Assembly (NCBI GenBank): GCA_039803205.1
Contig: JBDRYB010000007.1
Coordinates: 9,152-73,151 of the forward strand
Source: a candidate division WOR-3 bacterium
Lineage (GTDB): Bacteria; Hydrothermota; Hydrothermia; JBDRYB01
Reading direction: 5' to 3'
Length of the DNA: 64,000 nt
Made by a program: the position numbers and the translations under genes
In this document: in pieces, positions 56,119 through 64,000 of the stretch
Layout of the letters: every line of letters starts with the position of its first letter
Numbering within the stretch: position 1 is the first letter of the stretch
Notes under the pieces: model-generated
The model's input: only the letters and a program-made list of their open reading frames with translations
Told to the model about the DNA's origin: nothing
Databases searched by the model: none

Positions 56119-57099
56119 TTACCTCACTATGTTCAGTGTTTTCGTGCCCATATCGGACCAGAGGACTGCTGTGTAGACGCCAGGCTTCAGGGATGGCAAG
56201 GAGACCTCGTGGGTGCCCGCAGAGAAGCGCCCTGAGGCCAGGGTGGTGACCTCACGGCCAGCTATGTCGTATAGGGAGAGGCTCAGAGAGCTCTCCTCAG
56301 GAAGGCTGAAGAATAGCCTGCCGCCCTTGAGGAAGAGGTCAAGACCCGGAACCAACACGGTGCTCTCTGATACGCCGAGGTCTATGAAGTGGACCTGCTT
56401 TGACTGAAGCGCCTCCTTTGTGGTGTAATATTGAACCCATATCGCCGCATCAAGGCTGTCCCGGTTCCATATTGTATCGGTTGAGGTCATCTTGTAGACA
56501 AGATGGAAATGCTGTTGTTCGCCAGCGTTAAACACGGTGAGGGAGTTTCCGGTTGTCTGAGAAAGCATGGTCCTGGTGAAGTAATCCGCTTTTGTCCCGT
56601 TTGAATTGGCCTGAATGTTTCTCTCCGTTATAACCGCGAAGAGCCTGGGTGAATATGAAGAGTTTATGTTCTGCTCAAGAATTACATCGCAGTCCAGGAG
56701 GACGGAGTCGTTACTCAGCCTGGCGTTGACATTCTCTATCCTGAGAGGCGATGGGATGGTCTTGCGGGAATTCACGCCTGACATATACCAGTTCAGGGTT
56801 TGGCCCACATCGGTGTAGGCGCCCGTGTCAGCTATGACGCCATCAATCCAAACCGTTGGAACATAGTAAATAGCGTAATAGCTGAACCTTACTCCAGCAG
56901 TCCCGCACCTACCTTGGATGTAGCTCATCACAGTGACCGTGTCCTTCATCAGCTTCTTCAGGCTATCTACGGCCATTATAGCATAGGGGCAGTATGGACA
57001 TGTCCAGGTGGAGAACTCCTCAACCAGAACGGACCTCTGCGCGGCTAAGGCACTGCCAGCCGCGACCAGCATCAGCGCTGTTGCGTATAGCTTTTTCAT
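56119..57099 (-). CDS. Omp28-like thioredoxin-fold protein with T9SS-type C-terminal domain
   Basis: Canonical signal peptide; VLVEEFSTWTCPYCP, YVPTVWIDG; C-terminal LGVSE...LYDIAGREV...LKPGVY; SD AGGAGG. Confidence 0.82.
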   Translation of the reverse strand: MKKLYATALMLVAAGSALAAQRSVLVEEFSTWTCPYCPYAIMAVDSLKKLMKDTVTVMSYIQGRCGTAGVRFSYYAIYYVPTVWIDGVIADTGAYTDVGQTLNWYMSGVNSRKTIPSPLRIENVNARLSNDSVLLDCDVILEQNINSSYSPRLFAVITERNIQANSNGTKADYFTRTMLSQTTGNSLTVFNAGEQQHFHLVYKMTSTDTIWNRDSLDAAIWVQYYTTKEALQSKQVHFIDLGVSESTVLVPGLDLFLKGGRLFFSLPEESSLSLSLYDIAGREVTTLASGRFSAGTHEVSLPSLKPGVYTAVLWSDMGTKTLNIVR

Positions 57100-57158
57100 G
57101 TTACCTCCTTTGCACCTCCAAAATTGCCCTCAAATTATAGCGCTTTTGCCGGGGGGCT

Positions 57159-57689
57159 TCAAGTAGCAAGGGGGTATCCCTCCAGCCTCAGGAGCCACCT
57201 CTTTTTCTTCAGACCGCCTGCATAACCGACCAGAGAACCGTTAGAGCCTATGACCCTGTGGCAGGGGACAATTATGGGCCAGGGGTTTGAGCGCAGTATG
57301 GAACCTATTCCCCTCGGGTGAATCCCCGTGGCCTCGCTCAGCTCCTTATAGGTTATGACCGAGCCAGGTGGCACAGCCCTTCTGAGGTATTCGTAAACCT
57401 CAAGGGTCCTGGGGATGTTTTGGCGGGAGTAGAGGTAAAACCTGGGCATCTGCTTTATCTCAAACCAGAAGAAATCCCATTCTCCAGCGAAGAAGTATCT
57501 TCCCAGATGGTGTATTAAACTCTGGGTTTCTTTGGTGAATTTCAAGATCTGCGCAAACAGGATGGGCTCATCCCATGTTAGCCATGTTACACCACCCAGT
57601 GTGTTAATATAAATTAGGCCCACGGGGCTGAGGAACCCGATGCTTCCCTCCTCCGGCTTAAGATTACCCCTAAGATTAACGAAAAGCAT
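57159..57689 (-). CDS. ogt: Methylated-DNA--protein-cysteine methyltransferase
   Basis: VPPGSVITY, NPWPIIVPCHRVIG, GYAGG..KK.WLL.LEG; start uncertain. Confidence 0.88.
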   Translation of the reverse strand: MLFVNLRGNLKPEEGSIGFLSPVGLIYINTLGGVTWLTWDEPILFAQILKFTKETQSLIHHLGRYFFAGEWDFFWFEIKQMPRFYLYSRQNIPRTLEVYEYLRRAVPPGSVITYKELSEATGIHPRGIGSILRSNPWPIIVPCHRVIGSNGSLVGYAGGLKKKRWLLRLEGYPLAT

Positions 57690-58401
57690 CCTCCAGTATC
57701 CTCCTGAGTTCCAAAGCGTTCTTGAACATCTGGGTGTTGTTGAAGAGTATATAGCTTCGTTCACGGGGCTTCAACATCATAGCCAGCTCCCGGAGCTCAT
57801 CCTCAGAGTAATCGTATCTGTAGCCCCTTGCCCTTCCGTGAAGCCTGTAGTAGAGAGTGCCACTGGACAAGGGGGCGTTCCTGAACGGATCGATCACATG
57901 GATCAATCCCGTATCCTCAAAGACCCTTCGGAGCCTTTCGGGGTCGTGGTTTCCCCGAGGCTCCCATCCGAGAGAGAACCCCCCTCTGTCTATCTTGCTG
58001 AGGAAGGAGCGGAGCCTATCCTCCCAGTCCGGGCAATTAGCGAAGGAGGCGGGTGTCTGAAACACGATCACCCTCGCTCCGAGAACCTCCCCTATCTCAG
58101 CGGTTCTCTCCCAGGCCGCAATAACCTCTTCGCTTCCCGCGAAGTGGCCGTAATCCATCTCCTTCCGCGGTTCAATATTGAGGCCTGATCTCCTGTATGT
58201 TGGGCTTTTGGGAGGGTGGGTTATTATCTGGGATGCTTTTAGCGTGAACTCAAAATCGGGTGGGGCTTCGGCTCTCCACCTGCGGATCAGTTTGATGTCC
58301 GGAAACCTGTAAAAAACTTGCTGAACCTCAACAAGGTCAAAATTCTCGTAATACCTTGATCTGGAAACCGGGAACCCGCAACAGCCGACCCTGAGCCTCA
58401 T
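57676..58401 (-). CDS. DUF72 family protein
   Basis: VGCCGF, VEVQQVFY, FTLKA.Q.ITH, FQTPASF, WEPRG, YYRLHG, FNN. Confidence 0.9.
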   Translation of the reverse strand: MRLRVGCCGFPVSRSRYYENFDLVEVQQVFYRFPDIKLIRRWRAEAPPDFEFTLKASQIITHPPKSPTYRRSGLNIEPRKEMDYGHFAGSEEVIAAWERTAEIGEVLGARVIVFQTPASFANCPDWEDRLRSFLSKIDRGGFSLGWEPRGNHDPERLRRVFEDTGLIHVIDPFRNAPLSSGTLYYRLHGRARGYRYDYSEDELRELAMMLKPRERSYILFNNTQMFKNALELRRILEDAFR

Positions 58402-59732
58402 CTCAGCATGCCCAGAATGTCTCCGAGGTACCTGACCTCCTCCACATTCATCCCCTTTATTTCAGGCCCTCCCCCCTTTGGAATGAATGCCCTCGTGAAG
58501 CCAGCCCTCTTTGCCTCAAGGAGACGTTGTCTTGTTCCCTTCACGGGCCTTATCTCGCCGACCAGGCCTACCTCACCGATGAAGGCGGTCTGCCTGTCTA
58601 TGCTGAAGCCGTTGTTGGCCGAGGCAACAGCGAGCGCGAGAGCGAGGTCCGCCCCAGGATCGTAGATCCTAAGACCACCTGCGACATTCACATAGACATC
58701 CTGGTTCCTTATCCTTATGCCCGCGCGTTTCTCCAGCACAGCCAGGAGCATAGCGAACCTCCCGTAGTCGTAACCAGTTGCCCTCCTCGTTGGAATTGGA
58801 AAGGGATTGAAGGATACAAGCGCCTGTATCTCAACCAGAATAGGCCTTGCTCCCTCCATAACTGGCGCTACCGCAACCCCTGGAACAGGCGGCTCAGATG
58901 GATCAACGAGGCTCACGCTTTCAATTGGAATGAGGCCTCGGTCCGTCATCTCAAAAAGACCTGTTTCATCCGTTGGCCCAAAGCGGTTCTTCGGGCACCT
59001 CAGGATCCTGAGGTTGTGGCCCTTTTCCCCCTCAAGGTATAGAACCACATCAACCATGTGCTCAAGGGTCCGAGGCCCAGCAATTATCCCCTCCTTCGTG
59101 ACATGCCCAACCAGGAAGACCGTTATCCCCCTTTCCTTCGCCATCCTGAGGAAAACGCCGCCCGTCTCCCTTACCTGGGACACGGAACCGGGCGATGAGG
59201 TGAGTCCCTCCATGAAAACGGTCTGGACAGAATCCACGAATAGAACCTGCGGAGCAAAACCCTCAGCTGACCTTACTATATCCTCAACAACGACCTCCCC
59301 TGAGACATGGATGGCTGAGAGCGGGAGACCGAGCCTCCTCGCCCTCATCCCGAGCTGGCGGGGGGATTCTTCTGCTGATATGTAGAGGGTTTTCACCCCC
59401 CTTCTGCCAAGCGAGCCAGCGACCTCCAGAAGGAGGGTTGATTTGCCAACCCCCGGGTCTCCGCCAAGAAGGATGAGGGAGCCCTGAACCATACCTCCGC
59501 CGAGAACCCTGTCAAACTCTGAGATCCCGGCCTCAAATCTCTCCTCGGGTTCGGGGGGCAATTCTGAGAGGCGCTCAACTTTTGCGGACCGGGCCGTTCT
59601 GGTCCTGGCATCCTTTCTCTCGGTGGGTTCCTCAACCAAGGTGTTCCACTCACCGCAGGCAGGGCACCTCCCGAGCCACTTTGGCGAGGTATACCCACAG
59701 GCCTGGCAGACGAAATGAGTCTTCTGTCTCAA
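58398..59732 (-). CDS. radA: DNA repair protein RadA/Sms
   Basis: CQACG...CPACG zinc finger, GDPGVGKSTL, DSVQT, KNRFG; TTGAGG-N18-TATCAT-N6-TTG. Confidence 0.96.
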   Translation of the reverse strand: MRQKTHFVCQACGYTSPKWLGRCPACGEWNTLVEEPTERKDARTRTARSAKVERLSELPPEPEERFEAGISEFDRVLGGGMVQGSLILLGGDPGVGKSTLLLEVAGSLGRRGVKTLYISAEESPRQLGMRARRLGLPLSAIHVSGEVVVEDIVRSAEGFAPQVLFVDSVQTVFMEGLTSSPGSVSQVRETGGVFLRMAKERGITVFLVGHVTKEGIIAGPRTLEHMVDVVLYLEGEKGHNLRILRCPKNRFGPTDETGLFEMTDRGLIPIESVSLVDPSEPPVPGVAVAPVMEGARPILVEIQALVSFNPFPIPTRRATGYDYGRFAMLLAVLEKRAGIRIRNQDVYVNVAGGLRIYDPGADLALALAVASANNGFSIDRQTAFIGEVGLVGEIRPVKGTRQRLLEAKRAGFTRAFIPKGGGPEIKGMNVEEVRYLGDILGMLR

Positions 59733-59757
59733 GCTCAGATGATAATCCAAGCGCGCG

Positions 59758-60426
59758 CTACCCCTCAATCAACCCATCCCTCAGCCGGACTATCCTCTCT
59801 GCCCTCCTCGCTATCTCAGGGTCATGGGTCACTACGATGATGGTCTTGCCTGCTTTGTGCAGTTCCGAGAACAGGTCCATTATCTCCGCGCCGGTTTTGG
59901 AATCAAGGTTTCCGGTTGGCTCATCAGCGAGGAGGATCTCGGGATCATTTGCCAGGGCCCTGCCTATGGCAACCCGTTGGCGCTCGCCCCCTGAGAGCTC
60001 GGAGGGATTGTGGCGCATTCTGTCCCCTAGACCAACTTTTTGCAGGATCTCGGCGGCCCTCCTTCTCCTTTCGGCTAGAGGAACGCCGGCGTAGACCATT
60101 GGCAGGCCGACATTGTCCAGGGCGCTCATCCTCGGCAAAAGGTAGAAGTTCTGAAATACAAAGCCTATCTTGCGCCTTCTTATTTGGGCAAGATCGGGCT
60201 CGCTGAGGCCGTGGACCTCCTGGCCGTCAAGGATGTATGTCCCGGATGTTGGGGTCTCAAGGCAACCGAGTATGTGCATCAGGGTGCTCTTGCCTGAGCC
60301 AGAAGGCCCCATGATGGAGATGTATTCTCCTCGGTCAACAGAAAGGTTAACCCCCCTGAGGACATGCAGCTCAACCTTTCCGAGCATGAATATCTTGTGG
60401 ATGTCTCTGGCGTCTATGAGCGGCAC
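59758..60426 (-). CDS. ABC transporter ATP-binding protein (MacB/LolD type)
   Basis: GPSGSGKST, LSGGERQRV, LADEPTGNLD, VTHD; TTGCGA-N18-TATAAT-N6-GTG. Confidence 0.93.
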   Translation of the reverse strand: MPLIDARDIHKIFMLGKVELHVLRGVNLSVDRGEYISIMGPSGSGKSTLMHILGCLETPTSGTYILDGQEVHGLSEPDLAQIRRRKIGFVFQNFYLLPRMSALDNVGLPMVYAGVPLAERRRRAAEILQKVGLGDRMRHNPSELSGGERQRVAIGRALANDPEILLADEPTGNLDSKTGAEIMDLFSELHKAGKTIIVVTHDPEIARRAERIVRLRDGLIEG

Positions 60427-60522
60427 GATCATATTATAACCTACTTAATGCACGAATCGCAAGTGCTTTTCTGGCGAGGGATTCAGGCTCTCAGAGGGTT
60501 GGCCGAGAGGCAAACGCCGGAA

Positions 60523-61716
60523 CTACAGTCTCACCCCGCGGCTACTCACCGGCGGCCTTCCTCTCTTTTTCTCCTCACCTGGCTTTCCTGGCTCCTTCTT
60601 GACCTTCACCCTTGTGCCATCCTTTATTTTGACGAGAACAGAAGCAGGGCCTGTTATGACCTGATCCCCCTCTGAAAGCCCCTCTTTTACCTCAGCCACC
60701 CCCTCACCGACAACCCCGAGCTTAACCGGGGTCCTGACTGCCTTTCCGTTCTTGAACACATAAACCACATCTTGGTTCTCATAACTGCCGACAGCAGTAA
60801 GAGGAACAACGATAACCGAATCAACCCTCTCGGTTATTATCTCGCACGAGGCGCTCATCCCTGGCAAAAGCCCTTTCGGAACCTCATCAAGAAACACCTC
60901 AACAGGATAAGAAACCGCTTGTTGAACTGATGACAGGGATGAGCTGGTGGTCGGAACACCGCTCCTCGTCCCAACCACGCCCCTGAAGACCCTTCCGGGG
61001 AAGGCATCTATCTTTACCCTCACATCTTGGCCAGGCGCCACATCAACGACCTCTGTCTCAGATACATCCGCCTTGACTATTGCCCTGCTCATATCCGCGA
61101 CGACCATTATAACGGAGCCGGATATGTTAACGGTTCCAGCGATAACCTGTTCGCCTACCTCCATGTTCACGGCAACCACCTCCCCATCCACAGGGGATGT
61201 GATGAATGCCTTTGAGTATGTTACTCTTACTTGGCCCAATTGGGCTTTGGCCGCGTTTATCTGGGCCTCAGCGGCCCTGAAGGCGGACTCAGCCTGTTCA
61301 AACTGGCTCTTTGAGATAAGCCCTCTCTCGTAAAGGGCCTTTGTTCTGGCGTAATCCTCTCTCAGCTTCGCCAGGTTTGCCTCCTGCGCGGCAAGAGAAG
61401 CCTGGGCCGCCGAGACCTGTTCCCTGTAGACTCTCGGATCGACGACGCAAAGGGTGTCACCTTTCTTTACCCTATCTCCCTGCCTTACCCTTATTTCAAC
61501 GATCCTCCCCATGATGTCCGAGCCGATATTGACCTGGTTTAGGGCCTCTATGGTGCCCTCTGCCCTGGCTATCCGCTCAACAGAACCCCTTGCCACGCTC
61601 TCAACCCTGACCTCAGGGGTCCCTCCCGCCCTCTTTCTCATGTTCACGAGGACAAGGATGAGGACGAAAAGGACGATTCCTCCCACTATGGCTATCTTTT
61701 TCCAGTGTTTTTTCAT
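60523..61716 (-). CDS. Efflux periplasmic adaptor (MacA/HlyD family)
   Basis: N-terminal TM, V..GD.VKKGD, coiled coil, I.SPVDG, LLPGMSA, GLSEGDQV. Confidence 0.92.
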   Translation of the reverse strand: MKKHWKKIAIVGGIVLFVLILVLVNMRKRAGGTPEVRVESVARGSVERIARAEGTIEALNQVNIGSDIMGRIVEIRVRQGDRVKKGDTLCVVDPRVYREQVSAAQASLAAQEANLAKLREDYARTKALYERGLISKSQFEQAESAFRAAEAQINAAKAQLGQVRVTYSKAFITSPVDGEVVAVNMEVGEQVIAGTVNISGSVIMVVADMSRAIVKADVSETEVVDVAPGQDVRVKIDAFPGRVFRGVVGTRSGVPTTSSSLSSVQQAVSYPVEVFLDEVPKGLLPGMSASCEIITERVDSVIVVPLTAVGSYENQDVVYVFKNGKAVRTPVKLGVVGEGVAEVKEGLSEGDQVITGPASVLVKIKDGTRVKVKKEPGKPGEEKKRGRPPVSSRGVRL

Positions 61717-62969
61717 CTCAGCTCCTCCATTACTCCAACCGCCAGCTCAAGCCTCCTGGCGGCAAGGTAAAGGTCATAATCCGCCGAGACCACAGCCAAT
61801 TCAGCATTTACAAGGGCTTCCTCCGCGTCAGCGAAGTCTGCCTGGCTAGCCACGCCCAGCTGGAACTGAGCCACAGTAAGATCATATGCCTCTTTGGCGG
61901 CTTCGTATGCCGAACGGGCCATAATCCTGTTGTCCTGCGCGTTCATCAATGCCCAGTAAGCATCCTCAACATCCTTCTGCACAGCCAGGGCTGAGGCCAG
62001 GAGGGAATATTCTCCCGCAGAAAGCGCATCGCGTTCGGCCGCCACGCTGAAAGGGTATCTCGTCATGCCGAAGCTCAACTGCGCGCTTATTCCAGAGCTG
62101 TATGTGTAATCATCCGGGTTCAGGCCCGGAAACTCTGCCCTGTAATAGCGCCAGTAAACGCCGAACCTTATCTCAGGCAGAAATGTAAGTGCTTTATACC
62201 AGAAACCTACCCTCTGAGAACTCAGGGTCTTTTTCTGCTGGATGAAGTCCTGTCTGCGCTCCAGGGCTAGCATCTTCAGGGAATCAAGGGAACCTGGGGA
62301 TGTGTCGGGGAGCCCAGTGGGCTCAGAAACGACCACTGGCCTTCCAGGAGGCAAGCCGAGGAGAACGAGTAGGCCGGATTCCGCTGATGCCAAGGAGCCT
62401 TTCGCTACCGATAGCTCGTATTCCGCTTGATAAAGGGATGCTTCTGCCCGCCTCAGTTCCGCCAGGGTCGCATCCCCCAGCTCATACCGGGCTTCTATGA
62501 GGGTGTATTTGTGTCTCGCTCTTTCAAGAGCCTTTTGTCTGGCCTCGGTGGTTTTCTTCGCCTTGAGGAGGCCAAAATATGCCTGATCAACCTGATAAAC
62601 CGTCTGGAGCCTCTGCCTCTCGTAAAGAGCCTTTTGACCCCCTGCCTGGGCCTGGGACGAGAGGGCACCATATACGGCTGATGGGCTGAAAAGGGGCTGA
62701 GCGATGGAAAATGTGAGGCTGTATCTCCTTATAGTGTCTCCCCCGGGGACGAACCCGTAGGCCCCCATATCGGAATAACTGCCCTCTAGGCTTGCCTGAG
62801 GGGCATAGGTAGCCCAAGCGCCCCGAGCATTCCAGGCCGATGAGGAAGCTGTTTTGGCCTGGGCAAGGAGGGATGGGTTGGCCTCGAGGGCCATCCTTTC
62901 GGCCTCCCTGAGATCCAGATATAGGGTGTCGTCTAAGGCCGCCAGGAAGACCAAGAACATGCTATCCAC
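61713..62969 (-). CDS. TolC family outer-membrane efflux protein
   Basis: ALEANP, QPLF, AYFGLL, RYELG, FQLG twofold OEP repeat; start GTG 62969 or ATG 62960. Confidence 0.88.
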   Translation of the reverse strand: MDSMFLVFLAALDDTLYLDLREAERMALEANPSLLAQAKTASSSAWNARGAWATYAPQASLEGSYSDMGAYGFVPGGDTIRRYSLTFSIAQPLFSPSAVYGALSSQAQAGGQKALYERQRLQTVYQVDQAYFGLLKAKKTTEARQKALERARHKYTLIEARYELGDATLAELRRAEASLYQAEYELSVAKGSLASAESGLLVLLGLPPGRPVVVSEPTGLPDTSPGSLDSLKMLALERRQDFIQQKKTLSSQRVGFWYKALTFLPEIRFGVYWRYYRAEFPGLNPDDYTYSSGISAQLSFGMTRYPFSVAAERDALSAGEYSLLASALAVQKDVEDAYWALMNAQDNRIMARSAYEAAKEAYDLTVAQFQLGVASQADFADAEEALVNAELAVVSADYDLYLAARRLELAVGVMEELR

Positions 62970-63651
62970 CGAATACGATGCCCTTCAAGAGGAGAACCAA
63001 AAACCAAAGGAGCCACATTCCAAAGATAACGGCCCAGGAGAGGATCCTTTTGCCTGTGAGGATTGAAAAGCCCAGCGCCAAAAGAGCGAGGGACCACAAA
63101 GAAAACAGGTCAACTACTCCGAGCCCGAGCGCAAAAGGCGAGCCGAGGGGCAGAAGCGCGCCTACGGAGAAGCTGAAATGCGGGTTTTTGGAGAGCGCGG
63201 CGCCCGGTATGGTGAGCAAGGAGCCCAGGATCAGGGGGAACTTGCTCCAGATAACAACCGAGAGGGTTGGGGCGATGAGCCTCGGATCCCTTACCAGGAC
63301 GAAATAGAGAAACAGGCTGTGAAGAAGAAGCCCGAGGAGGGAGTTCTTGAACGAAGAGACCATGTCAGGAACGAACTCCCCTATGGTGTATGTGAAGAGA
63401 ACAGAGATGTCCTGGTCCCCTATGAGCTCGTGAACGACATCCTCAAGGCTCCTGCCGGTCTTCTCGGCCATCAAGCGCAGGTATTCCATGGTTGAGTATT
63501 CGTAGACGGTCATTTTGAAGAAGACCGTGAAGATAACAAGGAGCCCCAAAAGGAGAACGGCGCCGACTATGGGCACAGTCCAAGAAGGGTTTTCTTTTAT
63601 CCTCCTGAAGGCCTTGTGAGGAAGGGCAAATATCTCGTAGAAGAGCTCCAT
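62962..63651 (-). CDS. YIP1 family membrane protein (YknW-like)
   Basis: IF..P.KAF..IKENPSW..P; DLFSLW; ~5 TMs; SD AAGGAG and TATAAT at 63675-63680. Confidence 0.8.
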   Translation of the reverse strand: MELFYEIFALPHKAFRRIKENPSWTVPIVGAVLLLGLLVIFTVFFKMTVYEYSTMEYLRLMAEKTGRSLEDVVHELIGDQDISVLFTYTIGEFVPDMVSSFKNSLLGLLLHSLFLYFVLVRDPRLIAPTLSVVIWSKFPLILGSLLTIPGAALSKNPHFSFSVGALLPLGSPFALGLGVVDLFSLWSLALLALGFSILTGKRILSWAVIFGMWLLWFLVLLLKGIVFGG

Positions 63652-63850
63652 TTGAAACTCCTTTCGGTCAGATAATTATAAAGCAGGGCGTCAGGTGAAT
63701 TCACCCTTCTGGCTGAATGGGGTTCAGTCCGGTTTTCCGGGCACAACCGGCCCGGATTCGGCCTTTGGATTAGAATATGGGCCACCTCCTCTGAGAGGTA
63801 TGGAAAAATGGAAAGATGAAAGGAGATAGTCCATCGCGATCACTAGGACC

Positions 63851-64000
63851 GTGAGCATCCAGATAGAGCTGGGTGAGATAAGTATAGATCAACCTGAGGT
63901 CTGGATGAAACTCGTTGAGGAGAAGCTCTCGTGTGCTCTCAGAGAAACAGGCAGGGATATGGCCTCTGAGGCCTTCCAGAGGATAATAACCTCAAAGGCA
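63851..64000 (+). other. Possible 5' part of a CDS or pseudogene running off the window
   Basis: 50 open codons (VSIQIELGE...ITSKA) with typical codon usage; same frame as ATG 63800 but separated by TAG at 63827. Confidence 0.3.

Noticed and set aside
56980..57010. Selenocysteine in the Omp28-like redox motif
   Set aside because: Both positions are ordinary Cys codons (TGT, TGC) and the ORF has no in-frame TGA.
15314..59768. Longest-ORF starts from the track (15314, 17049, 18395, 23756, 27606, 31668, 34591, 35721, 38791, 54801, 59768)
   Set aside because: The extensions overlap neighbouring genes or promoters and lack family similarity; the downstream starts fit the SD, -10 or coupling signals.
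388..63785. Numerous alternative-frame and antisense ORFs in the track (e.g. 5237-5839, 31970-32692, 34722-35456, 58807-59385)
   Set aside because: They lie within well-supported genes and have no motifs; they are the shadow ORFs expected at this GC content.
1..64000. CRISPR array, rRNA, tRNA, integrase or prophage genes
   Set aside because: No regularly spaced repeats, cloverleafs or recognisable phage/IS proteins were seen; intergenic spaces are nearly all under 300 bp.

Overview
Gene-dense bacterial chromosomal segment with about 57 CDS. No rRNA, tRNA, CRISPR array, prophage or intact IS was recognised. The organism is a diderm (TonB-dependent receptor, TolC, beta-barrel, many lipoproteins, heptose enzymes). 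Frequent AGG/ATA codons and E/K/R-rich proteins suggest a thermophile, and seven T9SS-type C-terminal-domain proteins suggest an FCB-related candidate lineage such as WOR-3 (inference only). Housekeeping genes (clpP-clpX-lon, frr-uppS, fabH, purH, queH, rtcB, radA, ogt, pyrK, gmhA, rfbA/rfbD, a divergent dnaA) are scattered among secreted proteins. Main patterns read from the sequence: (1) a uniform promoter grammar, TTGnnn-N18-(T/C)AnnnT, often followed by a start codon exactly 6 nt later (leaderless mRNAs), which also reveals a CTG start and an unannotated upstream ORF; (2) outer-membrane and secreted proteins with ultra-short (8-14 aa) signal peptides lacking a basic n-region, while lipoproteins keep normal ones; (3) a glycerol-1-phosphate dehydrogenase-like gene coupled to fabH in an isoprenoid/lipid operon; (4) a DnaA with an altered DnaA-box recognition helix, preceded by two palindromic 21-bp repeats; (5) a 78-bp palindromic in-frame insertion in a repeat lipoprotein. 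Several starts differ from the ORF track because they were re-called from these signals. All functional calls come from motif recognition; no database search was run.
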